Source of the DNA: Mizuhopecten yessoensis
Lineage: Eukaryota
Assembly (NCBI RefSeq): GCF_002113885.1
Contig: NW_018408896.1
Coordinates: forward strand, 2,935,215 to 2,985,999
DNA: 50,785 nt
Direction of reading: 5' to 3'
This document shows positions 1 to 14,200 of this stretch, in pieces. The stretch's first letter is position 1. Each line of letters begins with the position of its first letter. A program made the position numbers and the translations under genes. The notes below the pieces were generated by a model that saw nothing but the letters and a program-made list of their open reading frames with translations, was not told the origin of the DNA and searched no databases.

Positions 1-797
1 TCCAAGTCTTTAGAATCTTTCCTTCCTTGACAAGTCTTCTAGCGAAGAATGAGAGTTTGCTTCGGTACTGGGTTAGGTCCTCGTTCACCGAAATGTGTTT
101 AAATTTACTGGTGGCACGAAATCCGGAGCTTGATTTGAGGAGTTTGAATTTCGCTTCGGTCGATCGTAGTCTGGCGATAATAATTCGAGGCTTTCCTGAA
201 GTCGGACGTCCAACACGGTGAGATCTTTCAAGATCTTCTGGTATGAGATCTACCGATGATTCCCTTGCAGCCTGGAGGAGCAGGTCTGTAGTGACCTCAT
301 CTTTGGATTCCGGAAATCCGGAGAAACGGACCAGGGGTCTTCGACCATATTGCTCCAGATCGTCGAGTTGAAGGCGAAGTACATCATTTTCAGCTTCGAG
401 CTTGGACACTCGATCGACCAGAGGGACAATCTGACGCTCTACAGCAGTGTTAATGTCCTCCAATAGCAGGCCCCTGACGGCCTTGGCTATCCTATCTACA
501 TCAGATTCGGATATCGACATAGAACCAGAAGCCGGAGGATAACCAGTAAACTGGGAGGGTTGTTGGAAGAACATATGCTGGAAAGGTAGGCTGGCTGGCT
601 GGGATTGAACGTATGGTCCCTGAGGGACGCTGGGTTGAGTAGGTGAGTCAGACATGGTACCGGTATTATAGGGTGTCGAGGTATGCATATATGAGTACTC
701 AGTAACACCAGGAGAATAATCTCTGAGTTTTTTATTTTCAAATGGCGAAGGAGTGGACGAAGAAGAAAGCGGACGTTTAGACGCAGGGGTGGACATA
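1..797 (-). CDS. Partial non-LTR (LINE) retrotransposon ORF1p-like protein (coiled-coil + RRM-like, L1 Transposase_22-type). ATG at 797-795; open to the window edge, so the element continues beyond position 1.
   Basis: Hand translation of the minus strand gives MSTPASKRPLSSS...VPLVDRVSKLEAENDVLRLQLDDLEQYGRRPLVRFSGFPESKDE...HRVGRPTSGKPRIIIARLRSTEAKFKLLKS...GKILKTW with no stop. The pattern (heptad coiled coil, then 'E-x-Y/R-S/G-RR-N/P-L-R-I/F-x-G-x-PE', then 'HR.G.....PR.IIvk') matches L1 ORF1p. Local GC is higher than the flanks. The ORF track misses it because it has no stop inside the window. Confidence 0.5.
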
Positions 798-3700
798 TGG
801 CAAACCAAAAGTCAACATGTATACAACCCACACATGTAGTGAACACTGGACGCATTCAATGTAAACAAGCACTTGTCATGAATGAGTGACCATCACGTCT
901 CGTCTCACAATGTACGCACATGCATGAGTGAAGTTTCCATTTGAGAGTCTTTACATGACACATAAACAGTTCCCGACAAAGTTATAAAAGTTACGAAAGT
1001 ATACTTAGGTCACAGGCATTGGAAAAAGGTGACTGGTCCCCCTCACAATAGAAAACTGCTACATTATACCTGGAGCTGAAATGACATCGTCCATCATGCC
1101 TCAAGGGCGGTAATCCGATTGTGTAGTAATTTTAATAACATCATTTTCCTTAGAAGCATACCAGATCTTCCTGCCTATGTGTATACCACAGTCGAATTGT
1201 TCATTTGGGCCATGTTTAAGCACCGGGATTATCTGGATAGATACGTCATGTTCACAAATTAATTGTGGTATACAGGGTTTCCTTCCAGGGAGACTTCAAT
1301 CTACACTAAGAACGTTTGAGGACGTTTTACACTGTCATCATCATAACTGGGCTTGACACTACCTTACTTGTTTTTCATTTCGGTGATCAACAAATCCTGA
1401 TTGTCTCCTGTAGTTAATTTGTATCAAGTTATATATATCATGAATGAGGAAGGTATTTTTTTTTATATTTTTAGGGTGAATGTGTAGCAAGAGTGAATAT
1501 GTCAAAAATATTTAATCCGCATTGAAATATAACTGTTTATCATAAAGAAAACAAGAATGTTCTATAAGTACATTTTACCAAAAAGTAGCAGTATTACGAT
1601 GCCTCAGTAAGAATATGTCAGGCCTATCGGGACGTCACAATAGACAATGTTCATTTTAATGTTACATTTCTCAATAAACCCTGCTCTCTGATTGATCGGT
1701 TTGGAGTGAAAATAACAAGTGTTGTTTTTCCAAGTAGAAAACCTTATACCGTTAATTTATCTGCTTTTCCTTGTGTATTGCTACTGTGTTGCTACTGTCA
1801 CTTTTTGTTCTCTTTACTTCGTGTTTAAAGTATCAATGCTATCCTATTTCTCTGATGATTTTCGTGATGCTCCTCCAGTGTTTTGCATCTCCTAAATTAC
1901 TTACATCCTTTTTTGAACATTAAAAACATTTTTTTGTATGTACATGTACAGCTGTATCTTGATTTCATATTTTCTTACTTATATACTGATTTTTTGGCTT
2001 TCTATTTAGATTTTTAATAGGAAACCAAACTATAAATAACAATAAACTCATAAACTTCTCTTATTTTCTTGAATGCCACGAAAATGCCAGCTATAATAAA
2101 TTGATATTCCCGTGGTGCACATTGAAAATCTTTGTTGGAAAGAGAAAAAAGCAAAAAGGGTTTTGACATATAAATCTTTATTTCAACAAATGAATTTGTT
2201 CTAATAAAGTACAATGTAATCACAGACATACTATGTTATCCACTTCGCCTTCTTGTTGAAGGATTGCTGGGTTAACATGTTCAATAAGAACACCATTCAA
2301 CCTTATCACAGACATTCAAACACACGTAGTGCATATATCTATCACACACATCCCTGGTACTCCAGCATCTATCCTTGTACTCCAGCACTTATAGCACTTA
2401 TTCATCATACAAACATCCCTCCTACTCAAACAATTAAGTTACTCACACATCCCTTGTACTCAAACATTTAAATTACTCAAACATCTCTTGTACTCCAGCA
2501 TTTATAGAACTTCTATCCATCACACAGTACACTCCTCTTCACTTGTTTCCCATCATCCTTTCCTGCATATAAATATATTACCCAATCACATTCATAAAGT
2601 AACTTTCATACATACCTTATATGTCTCACAGAACAATACCCTCACATTCCTGATTGTTCCCACAGATTTTCAGCTAATCAGTAATTAATTTCAGATGTAA
2701 TTGAATAATACTGTATAGAGCCTAGAATTTTTAAAACTTTCAAAATTAATTATAAGGTAGATTTCAATCTTATTTTTATTTTTTTAAGGATATTTAATTA
2801 AGGCAGATCTTGTTTAGACTGTTCAAACTTTTTATCAGTTTATATTTGTACCAATTAGCAATAAAATTTACCATAAATCTGAAGGAAAATCTGTAGGCAA
2901 GGGTCTTTCAACATATATAAATCCATTCATTTTATTAATGATGTAAAAAAATGCACAGCATAGATTTCTTTGTTTTTCCCAATTTAAAACCTATTTTAAA
3001 CCTATTTGAGATATTTTAAACCTAAAAACACTCTAATAATTCCATTAACACTGGACAGAATGTCAAAAATAAATGCTGTTTCCTGATTTTATACAACTTA
3101 CAAAATAACCAGTTAATCAACATCAGGATATTTTTAGTTTGTTTGTTCTGATGTTCACATAACTTGAATGATAATAAGTCAATTAAGATAAAGTTTGTCC
3201 CGAACCATGACATCAAGAATTTAAAAACACTGACACGAAGAAAACAGGATTATCAACCTTTTTTCAGAATGAAATGACATCATTGTAGGAACAATTAACC
3301 GTGTACAGCCCATACAAATAACAAGGAGCAGAATGTTTAAATTTGGAGCAGAATGTTTAAATTTGGATTGTAAATGTCTTGAGTATTTTTTACAGCTCCT
3401 ACATTATGCTTATCTATAATATTATCTATAATATTCAACAACAGCCTCATGCTACATCAGCATTATCACATATTACTCCTTTCACCACTGTAGACCACAA
3501 TGGACTCATCCATATCAATGCATGGTAGAGTCTACTAAAGTTACATAGGGGTGAAAGGGTTAAAGGTAAAATTCAAATCATAAATATAGAAAAAACTGAA
3601 AACAAAACAGTACAATTGGAATTGAAATAACAATCATTACTTAATATACACAAAATATTCCAAATTTGTACATGCACTTTCCAAAAACAACAATCTGCAA

Positions 3701-4657
3701 TTTTGAATAAAATATCACATTACAACATCATGTAGTGCAATTTATACAAAAAATAATATATTATATACTTAACACAATATATACAGATAACTATAACCTG
3801 TTACACCAACGGCAATAGATATATAGTCGCATCACAGTTCATATACATATCGTACGTATTCATCATAAATAATCTCAAGATATACGTCAATGTAAATCTT
3901 GACCTACTCTATACAGCGACACACAATAATTCCTTAAATATGAAGATTAACATATAATACATAAATAACTTACACCTCACTACACTAAAACATAGTCCCA
4001 ATTAACCTTAATATATTTATATACACTATTTACAAATATAAATAAACAAAATTCAAATATAAAGCTAGTAACACAGCACTTTATCAGTTTAAAACAACAA
4101 CACAAGAAAGTAACATTTACATATATGCTTTAGAGCTGTAATTGCAGTTAGTTAAGGAACACCAATACCGTAATTAATGTTGTGAATATTCAACAAGAGA
4201 ATATGTAACAAAGGTGTGTTACAATGACCCTGTGACCGCGATGATCCTGCCACCTTTGTATATCAAATTAATACCTCAACAGGACATTAACTACTACGAT
4301 TGTTCACATTACAATGAAGTGATTATTAACTTTCATACACTTTATGAAAAAAGAACAAACAAAATCATCACTGCATACAAGTATTGACAGAGAACCTTTA
4401 ATATTATAAAGGGTGGTTGAAATAAAAGGCTTTTGTCAACAATAGAAAGGCAAGATCCTTTTAAGGCGAATTTAACAATGTCATGCTGTTTGAAAAAAAG
4501 TGTAAATTAGAAAATGAAATGGAATAAATGAGAACTTAAACCGAAAATCTTTACAATACAAAATGTAGGTATAGAAAACTTGTGCAATATAAAATAGGTA
4601 ACTAGATACAATAATAGAAGTAATCAGTGATGATAACCATGACTGATGGCACTCAAC

Positions 4658-4750
4658 TTTAACTCATCAACCCCTGAAGACACTTTTGAACTCTTCCAAC
4701 TCAATGGTTGGAATAGTTCATTTAGAAACTTCAGGGGTAAATGAGTTAAG
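4658..4750. mobile_element. Foldback MITE, family copy 1 (TIR ~TTAACTCATCAACCCCTGAAG)
   Basis: ~20-bp terminal inverted repeats (ttaactcatcaacccctgaag ... cttcaggggtaaatgagttaag) flank a ~50-bp core that shares 'ttccaac..ttgg...agttcaaatg' with the other copies. Confidence 0.6.
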
Positions 4751-5535
4751 AAGGATTCAGAGGAATTATTTACCACGTTATTATTCCAACTACATCTAAT
4801 GTGTAATTAGTAAAGTGTAAACATTTGTCAATATTTACAAAATCAAATTTATAAATATAATATAAGAAAACATTCTTCGGTTTAATGCAGAACAGAAACT
4901 GGATAAAGTGTTCAAGTTTATTACTAAACAAACTATGACATGATTTATTGTAGCCTGACTGTCATAGGGGTCATAGAATGTTTCTAAAAAGATCACAAGG
5001 CCACCTGTAATTATGTACAGTAACAGTTGTATGTAAATAATGGTTTGATTTATGTCTGACGCAGGAAGAGGACAAAATCTAACACACATGTACATCATAG
5101 ATGTTGCTGAGCCGGCTAGTGACGTCACACACAAAAACGTCCAGCTATGACAGCCAATATCGTCACAGAAACTTCAGTAAACAGAGTGTCATATTTATAT
5201 TTTAGGGGTTATAAACTGACTCTATAATTCTCTACCTGAAGATTCATGTTCATAAAATGATAAACAAATATTATGAGTGTAATTTGAAAATGACATATTA
5301 TTTAAAGTCAAAATGTTTTACAAGAGATTTATTTCTAGGTTTTTAAACCTAACTAGAATTTAAAATAAAGTTGTTTCCACCAAATTCATTTCTGATATGC
5401 TTATACTAGCAGGTAGTTCCAATATATAACCAGCAAAGTTTAACTCCAACAAAACAATCTGTTTCTAGAGTATGTATTCAAATAAAATTATTTAAGAACA
5501 ATGATGGTCAATGAACATTTTTGGTGTTCAAAATA

Positions 5536-5672
5536 CACAGCGTGTAGTATTGTTATAAGAATGAAGGATGCACAGCGTGTAATATTGTTATAAGAATGAA
5601 GGTTGCACAGCGTGTAGTATTGTTATAAGAAGGAAGGTTGCACAGCGCGTGTAGTATTGTTATAAGAATGAA
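5536..5672. repeat. Tandem minisatellite, ~37-bp unit x4 (cacagcgtgtagtattgttataagaatgaagg)
   Basis: Direct reading: four near-identical head-to-tail copies. Confidence 0.8.
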
Positions 5673-8436
5673 GAGTAGATGTAGTCAACAGTCAAATCAA
5701 AATCAGATAAGACATCAATCTGTCAGGCTTTAACAGATGATACTCTAGGAATAGGTAACAGATCAAAATTCAAAGGAAAATTTTAATTAAAAAGAATTAT
5801 ATATGTCATTCAACAAAGGTATTAACTATACTGTCAGACTAAAAGGAATTTTAATGTACATTATTAATACAGCGTCAGTGAGAGAAAGAGATAAAACTGC
5901 CACCTTGTGTCATATTTCACACTTGCGGCACACAACAAACAAAAACAGGTTTATTTTGGGATGGGAACACAGCTATTTACATACGCGTTATAGTCACTAT
6001 AAATAACATTTGATTGTAAAAGTAATAGCACAGCAGATACACCTAATTTTATGGACATTTGGGCGGTCAATTTTCCGTTACATATATATACATACTATAG
6101 TAAATACTAAATATCATTGATAAAGGATACTATCACAGGTATTTTTGTAGGAATAATGAGGTACAGTTATCACATACAACAATATTAAAATAGTGTATGA
6201 GGTACAGTTATTCAGATGTGCAAATGACATTCTATTTTTTATAATAAGAATCTGCATTATCTTGTTCTAATGGCTAAAAATAGTTTAAGCAACAGTCTAC
6301 CATAAAAATGACTTGTTTGTAAATGTGTGTTAATGATGATACTAAATGTTTAACCTATTGTTTTGTAATACATTTCATTTTTTTAGATTGGGTAAAAGTT
6401 TACTTCACTAGAAATGGCAAGAAAATATCCATTTCTTTGTAGATAGCCGATATAGCAAATCAATTGTGTAAGGAATAAATGAAAGGTGATAATATTTGTA
6501 TCAGAGAAATAGAATATCTTTAATCAACAATCATGTGTTACTACAACATACCAACAAAATGTCTGCACCTTGACCCCTTAGTATCCCTAGTCTTTCTATA
6601 CTACTTCCCTTTTTGCTGATGTCTACATAATTTCTTTTTCACAATTATAAAGAAATGACCATTGTTCTGACCTTGTCACATGATTGGAGCAGAAGACATC
6701 CAAAAGAAGTGAAGAGTTGCCATACGTAATAAAGGGACAACAAATTCTGGGGGAAAAGCTACACCCCTACCTGTATGGATCAGCTTTATAACAGCTGTAG
6801 GCTAACATCACACGGCTGTCTACTGTCTGCTAAATATGCATAGTGATGTTGTCAAATTCTAAAGTAAATAAGTGCAAATGTCTATTCAAATTGCTGAATA
6901 TGTCATTCTAATGTTGGATTATGCATTACTCATCTATTATATATTACATTCTAGGATTTCATAAAAGAACCACAATTTCCTTAAATGGATATATTACTGA
7001 ATCAATTATTAAAGAAAAAAAGTTATCCGACAATTTCAAGTTTTGTTTTAAGGTCATTTGACACATGAGTCAGTTTGTACTCTTAGGATTACCTTGATTT
7101 GTATTAACGTCAAATCTCTCTCTGAGTTGTGAATGTATCACTTCAACTCATAAATGTAGTTATTGTCTCAGAGTTTTGATTGGTCTTCCATCAAAAATAT
7201 TTTTTATTTTTTATTTGTACTGTTTAAAATATTCTCTTTTGATGTACATTTTTATTCAATGCCCTTAACTATGAAATACTTTGGAGTTTTCTTTACCTTT
7301 TAACATTAGCATATCAAGGTGCATTGCACATTTAGTATTTTAAAAAGATCTAATCAGTTGAGATGCAGTTGATGAAGTACATTGCGCTAACAGTTACACA
7401 AGAAATCCTCCCTGAGCTAATATTCTAGACATAGGCCCTCACCCTGAGCTAATGTGCTAGACTTAGATAATCCTGACAGGTATTGGTCTAGCAAATGAAT
7501 ACAATACAAAGTGCTCCCAGGGAACGAGGCGACAGAAAACACGCCGGCAAGCCGTTAACAGTAATTAACTGCATGTAGGCTTGAGGTGTCTTATCAGAAT
7601 GAAAAAGTCATACAAGTGCTCAAATACAGCATAAAAAACCAAGTTATATAACGATGTGTTATATGTACAGATTTACATTTTGTAGTCATGTTACACACTA
7701 TGTACAAAAGTTTAGACAGTTATGTAAGTGTACAACAGAAATAGTATATGAATGTTAACATTACAGAATTACTTTAACAACATCTAGTATTTACATGATA
7801 CAAAACAAGAATAAAACTTTGTAAATAATATTTTAACCGGTTCATTTCATTTGGTATATGTGAAACCATACTGAATCAATAATCATTAAATTCATCATGG
7901 TTGCTAGCACATCCTCTATGCTGGTGTATTTCCATGTGTTCCTCACGTATGATGTTCCCATGGTTACCACAAACAAATTTGAGCAGATGTCTGTTAATAG
8001 TTTACAATCATGTCTCCTGTCTTGAATGATGCCATTTCAATAGGTTATATTCCAGTCCTATTTGTTTTCACACTTTTATTCAGTTTGGTACCTGTTAATT
8101 AGTTATTATTGTTATTTCACCTGCTGACGTCAAACACCAAACTGTAGACCAGTAACACTGTGTGTCACTTTAAGATGTTGCTGTCAAAGTCTTGACTGTT
8201 AGTTGATTACCCGAGTCTATTGGTGCCAGGTGAGAAAGTGGATGTTGCCCAGCTGGTCACCACAAACCACACGCACCAATGATTTCCCCGTCACGGATGC
8301 TGATTGGCTGATAATGGCCAGGCTCTCCACAGGGGCAGGACAGAAGAACAACCCAGCCTGTAACAGCAAACGGATAAAAGTCACAAATAAACGTAGACCT
8401 AGAGTGTTAAAGTCAAAAATGGATGTTAACCCATAA

Positions 8437-8990
8437 TGTCAAAGGTCATCAATGGATACAGATCCAGTGTCATTGCCATAAATGTATATAAACCCAGAGT
8501 ATGTGTCAAAGGTCATAAATGGATACAGATCCAGTGTCAGAGGCCATAAATGTATATAAACCCAGAGTATGTGTCAAAGGTCATCAATGGATACAGATCC
8601 AGTGTCAAAGGTCATTAATGCATGTAGACCCAGAGTATGTGTCAAAGGTCATAATGTCAAAGGTCATAAATGAATATAGATCCATAGTGTTAATGGTTAC
8701 AAATGATGTAGACACACAATGTCAAAGGTCAAAAATGCAGGTAGACCTAGAGATGTGTCAAAGGTCATAAATTGATATAGATCCACAGTGTCAAAGGTCA
8801 CCAGTGAATTAGACCGATGATGTCAAAGGTCATAAATGCATGTTGACCAAGAGTATGTATCAATGTCAAATGCATGTGGAAAAACAGTGCCAAAGGTCAG
8901 AATTAAATGTAAATCCACATCATAAAAGGTCAAAATTGGATGTAGACTCAGACTGTCAAAGGTCAAACTGGATTCACAATCAAAATATGT
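8437..8990. repeat. Satellite array, basic ~33-bp period with ~67-bp higher-order unit (tgtcaaaggtcataaatggatacagatccagtg / tcagaggccataaatgtatataaacccagagtatg), ~8-9 HOR copies
   Basis: 'tgtcaaaggtcat(a/c)aatg' recurs about every 33 bp and 'cccagagtatgtgtcaaaggtcat' every ~67 bp. Every monomer carries an AGGTCA core. Degenerate 'tgacctttg' relics recur at 9590-9800. Confidence 0.8.
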
Positions 8991-10389
8991 ACCAATTAAT
9001 CGTCTATAAAGAACAACTGAAGTTATTACTGTAACATTGTTTTTTTCCCCCACATATACATAATACTTTATCAAATGTCACTAAAATAGTATACAGGTTT
9101 GACATAAGGCTGTCCAATGTAGAACTATCTGTACAATTATTTGATGACCCCGTTTTAACTTGTAACACACATCCCTCCCCATGTTGGAAGTGGAACCCAT
9201 GCCATTACTAGCACACTAAGACCAAAGTTCAGATGCTGTTGACTATATTCTTTCCTTCTTAATTTGCTTTTAGTTTTTCAGATGATAAAGCTACATGATT
9301 TGACTACCCCCACTTTGCTGCTGATAAACTCAAAAACAAATTGCATCTAAAAAATATTGTTCTTATGAGTAATGAATATATGTAAACAGCATAACAATAA
9401 AATATCATATGAGAAAACAAAGACATATTTGGACTACATTTCTTTGCAACTATAAAAACAGGAATAGGTATTTTTGAAATTTCATTTAATTAGAACGTTT
9501 GGAGTTTTACAGGAACAACCAGTAAAGTTGGTTATGAAGTAAGCGTTGTGATTATTCATGTAGCTTAAAACGAAGTTAATGGTCAGGTAATATTATCATA
9601 TTTTGACCTTTGATCCTTTGAAAAGACTTTGACCTTTTGGTAGACCTTAGGTTATGTGACATGCCCTCTGATCATATTATACATATCTGTGATCTTTTAT
9701 AATGAAATCTTGAAATGATCAGAAGTTGCAGCCTCAAAAAGACATTACTTGACCTTTGGACCTTTGCCATGATTTTGATATTCAGAGTACAAAATTAATA
9801 TGGGAATGTTATGAAACACACTGTTTAGTCATGGTGTACATTTCTATTGATTTTATAAATGAAACATTTTGCCATTCAGAAGTTAGATACTTCAACAACA
9901 GAAGGACAAACTGACATTGTAGAATGCTAGTGTCCCCAAGGTCTGACTGGCAGGGGACTGATATGGGGCTTCTATGTATGTTGAACTAAATTAAATGGCC
10001 TGAATAGATTGGCCAACCTACTTTTTACTTATCTCTGAGATATATTTCATACAAAAACAAGAGGTCCACAGGGCATGTATTGCTCACCTGTGTGAACTAA
10101 CAAAGAAGTTGAAAAAGTTTCTGTAAAATTTTAGACAACAAAGGTTATTTTGGGTTACTTATTTACCAGAACAGTTACATCAAGGCATCAGATTTCAGTA
10201 GAAAACATTCTAACATACCAAGAGGTACTCAGATGTGTCAGACCCAAAATAGATTTGCTTGATTTGGGGATTTTGCTTCATACTAGGTAAGGGTAAAATC
10301 CTTTTACCCATACATATTGAGTCTTCTACCCATGGGGCCATTTCACAGCTCCAGGTAAAATTGTCAAAGTTATGGCCAAGATTAAAATA

Positions 10390-10830
10390 TCTACAAAGGA
10401 CCATAACTGTGTAAGTACGGGCTGCATGCCAAAACACTTTGCAATGCCATGGTGTAATTTTGGTGACCATTAGTGAGAAATTGAAGGAGTTATGGTCTTG
10501 ACCACCTGAAACCATGATATTACAAAATATACAAAGGGCCATAACTCTGTAAGTAAATTACCCAGCACCACAAATAAAGCATGTGCCACTCTGTCATGCT
10601 GAGATATATATTTCCATCATTGTTTTTGTGATCCTACATGTCAAATTATAGGTGTAAGGGGTAAATACACAAAGGGCCATAACTCTGTAAGTAAGGGCCT
10701 ATGGGTCCATCATTCAGTATGTGCAACACTCCACCATGCCAAGCTGTATGCTTCTATAAAGTTTGCAGCCCTAAGTAAAAACTTGTTGGAGTTATTATCC
10801 TTAATACAATTTTCAAAAAAGGTGCTGAAA
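10390..10830. repeat. Three diverged tandem copies of a ~135-bp repeat, each starting with 'acaaagggccataactctgtaagtaa'
   Basis: The motif recurs at ~10400, ~10535 and ~10668, with conserved downstream 'gcatg..cca' blocks. Divergence is high. Confidence 0.5.
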
Positions 10831-11151
10831 ACAGTATGTCAATCTGCACAGATACAAAGTTGAGTGCCCTTGACCCAAGTATCCTTCACGCAAATCCATA
10901 AATCAATATAACTATTGAAAAAATATGCTCAGAATGTTTGAAATTCAGTTAAAATCTGCCAACTCATATTTCAAGGAGTAGACTTTTAAGTACATTATCC
11001 CTATTTCCCTATTGGGCCCTTCCCTCTGCCCTCCAAGAGGCACTTATTTTGTGTACTCCAATTCAATTCACTTAGCTATGGGACCATTCATACCAAATTC
11101 AGTCAAAATCTGTCCCTCCATTTTTTCTCTCTATGTAGCGGCTAAACTTAC

Positions 11152-11259
11152 TTGTTTGAGCTTGTTCTCTCTTCGCCAGACTTTGACAGTACAGTCATGT
11201 GCTCCAGTAAATACAAAATGATCTGAAGTTGTGACACAGGTGACAGCAGCACTGTGAAT
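11152..11259 (-). CDS. TEP1: TEP1-like WD40 exon: [36 protein letters not shown] (last exon resolved; donor gtaagt follows)
   Basis: 36 codons between ttacag and gtaagt. '[11 protein letters not shown]' is a WD40 strand-C/D motif. Confidence 0.6.
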
Positions 11260-14200
11260 CTGTAAAATAGAAATCCAAGGTTAACAAAAAGTCTAGCACT
11301 TAAATTATACAGAATCGCATGTCAGATTGACATTCTATTGAAATATGAAATAATCGGAAAAATCTTATAACAATACACTTTAGAATACTGTGTTGAAAAC
11401 TAAGATTCTCCGCTCAAGCCATTTTCTTGTTTGGGTGATGAATTGATAGAAATCCACATTTTACTACTGGTAATGATCTTGAAGAATTTTTGGAGACACT
11501 TGAAGACAAATGGCATTGAAAATTAAAAAACCTTCCTCAGTATTAGGCTACTCATTCTGTTGAAGTCAGACTTATTTTCATATTCTTGGTTATACTGTTA
11601 TGTTGTGATATTACAGACAGATGTTACTGTGGCTTGGTTAAATATTTGGGCTTAACTTCCTACGTTAAGCTATTCAGATGTACATCAAAAGAACATGTCA
11701 TGTGACGTTTGATACCGTGAAATATCTACCTTTGTTTCTGTGTGGTTCTCCATTTGTCTGTTGATGGTAGTGATCTGGCCAGTGGAGGTGACAGCGTAAC
11801 TATCCCTGGAGTAGGCCGTCAGGTCCAGTACCCTCACCGGTACCTGTCTGTGTGGGGGAACCTTTGAGGTCGGGGGGATATAGATGCTTTCATCAAAGCT
11901 CAACTTCTGACCAAGCTGAAACATAAAAATACACAATGGATTTCACGGGTGTTTATGTAGGTGAATGTAAAACCCCACACATTAAAGTGGGTAAATCATT
12001 TTTACGTGCATTGCGTTAACATCGGGTTAAAAGTTTGACAGTACTACGAAATCAGGACGAAACGTTGCCAGTGTAACTGGAATATGAGACTGTGTGGGTA
12101 TATACGTAGCTCACCTTGTTTATAGTGCCTTTACAGATGTAGCCGTTCGCTGTAGCCACATGGAAGGTGGGCGTGGCTTTCCCCAACATGAACTTAATCC
12201 CCAGTATCCAATCCGATTTTCCAAATTCAAAGCTGTAAAAATAGCGAAAATCAAATTAAAACATACCATATGATTTTTTATTCAGTACAGTGTAAGTTTG
12301 TTGCTTGGTACAGCTAACATTCCAGATTTTTTAATCACCTAAGAGACATAAACTTTTCCCGGAGTGACTGCCATATTGTTCCCATTGATATTTTATGATG
12401 GCTGTTGATTTATTTAATGCAGGGGTTATTAATTAGCCTCTGATTAACTCTACCGAGAGACGGTAGAACCTGTCTAATCCAGACACCATCACAGCCAACA
12501 ATTTTGCTTGGAATAGACAGGTTTTCAAATGCACATGTTAAATTCACATAGAAATGTATACAATTGGACCTTAACTCATTCACCCCTGAAATTTCCTAAC
12601 ACACTATTCCAACCTTTGGTTTGAAGGAGTTCAAATGTGTCTTCAGGGTGAATGAGTTAAAAGAGTTGAAGGTCTGATTTACAAGTGTTCCTGTATAAAT
12701 ACTATTACTCAGGGTTGGATTCATATTAAGTACAACTAATTCCACGTGAGATCAATACGATAACATATATATTGGACATCAGACATTTTCACTTACGATA
12801 ACATATATATTGGACATCAGACATTTTCACCTTTCATCTTAAAAGTTCTCTCATATATTTTTTTCTTATCCGGGTAAAGATTAAGACCACTTTTATCTTG
12901 GTTTTCATATATAGATCATGAAGTTTTGAAAATTTTCCGAAAGTATAAATTTTAAACCAGATAAAGCCAATAGTTTCCAATTACCTATTGGAAAGTGGAG
13001 TCTGCTGCTCAGTGTTCCAGACAGTTAGCTTGCCACACCATTCTCCAGACAGGAAAATATGGCCAGATTTGGAGGTCATCTCGGAGGAGGTGGCTAAGGC
13101 AGTGACCGGGGACATGGTACTGAACACCTTCTTCTTATGACACACAGGCACACTGTTGAGAGAAAATATATATACATTTAACTGTGACACACAGGCACAC
13201 TGTTGAGAGAAAATATATATATACATTTAACCATGACACACAGGCACACTGTTGAGAGAAAATATATATAATACATTTAACCGTGAAACACAGGCACACT
13301 GTTGAGAGAAAATATATATAATACATTTAACCGTGAAACACAGGCACACTGTTGAGAGAAAATATATATATACATTTAACCGTAACACACAGGCACACTG
13401 TTGAGAGAATATGTATAATGTTAATTAATTTAGGGCCAAAGATGGATAAACAGGTATGAGGAAGGAGACTGCAGGGTCTACTTGACTCATTATAAATGTC
13501 CATGATTATATAAGCACACTTACCTGTGACCAGATTGGGACTTTTTGTAGATGTTCCAAATGATGATCTGGCCATCGTCTCCTCCAGTCACAAAAGCATT
13601 GGGTGCCAGGAAGCAGGCTGCATTTACAGATTTCTTGTGAGCCTAAACAAAAAAAGATTTTAAACTAAAGTACACTGCCTCCATTCTAATAAGTTGTTAA
13701 AATACAACCTGGCATTATCTTATATTATACACGACATACACAAAACGCTACAGCACGATCCAGGACTCTGTTGTATAACACACAGAGAACGTTATGTATG
13801 ACAACATGGTAGGCATGTATTTTGTAAGATGTAACTGTTAAAATTAAACCCAGGTCACAGATCTTACCTGTAATGACATGGCACATATTGGTCGCCCGAC
13901 TTCAGTAGGTTTATACCAAATCTTCAACGTTCCGTCCCTGAAAAACAATAATTTCACTTTATAAATTACAAATGCTTTGTTAGCTAATTTGTTTACATTT
14001 GGAAAAAGGAACATCTTCACCAAAAAATCTCTTCAAACAATGTGTATCACAATTATTGATTACATAAATATTTTCAGTAACATACATTAAATGATAAAGG
14101 TTCTACAGTGTCACTTATACCGACCTACTACCAGTCAGCAGGAGTGATTTGTCTGGCGATGTCTCCACAAACGTGACAGGTGCATTATGAACATCGGTGG

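Noticed and set aside
2253-2688. Plus-strand ORFs 2253-2471 and 2488-2688 (His/Thr/Pro-rich)
   Set aside because: Low-complexity 'cacacatccct / tactccagcat' degenerate repeats; no coding signature.
13135-13575. Minus ORFs 13135-13326 and 13327-13575 with repetitive peptides
   Set aside because: Produced by the ~60-bp intronic minisatellite (acacaggcacactgttgagagaaaatatatata...). Only the segment below ~13140 joins the WD40 exon.
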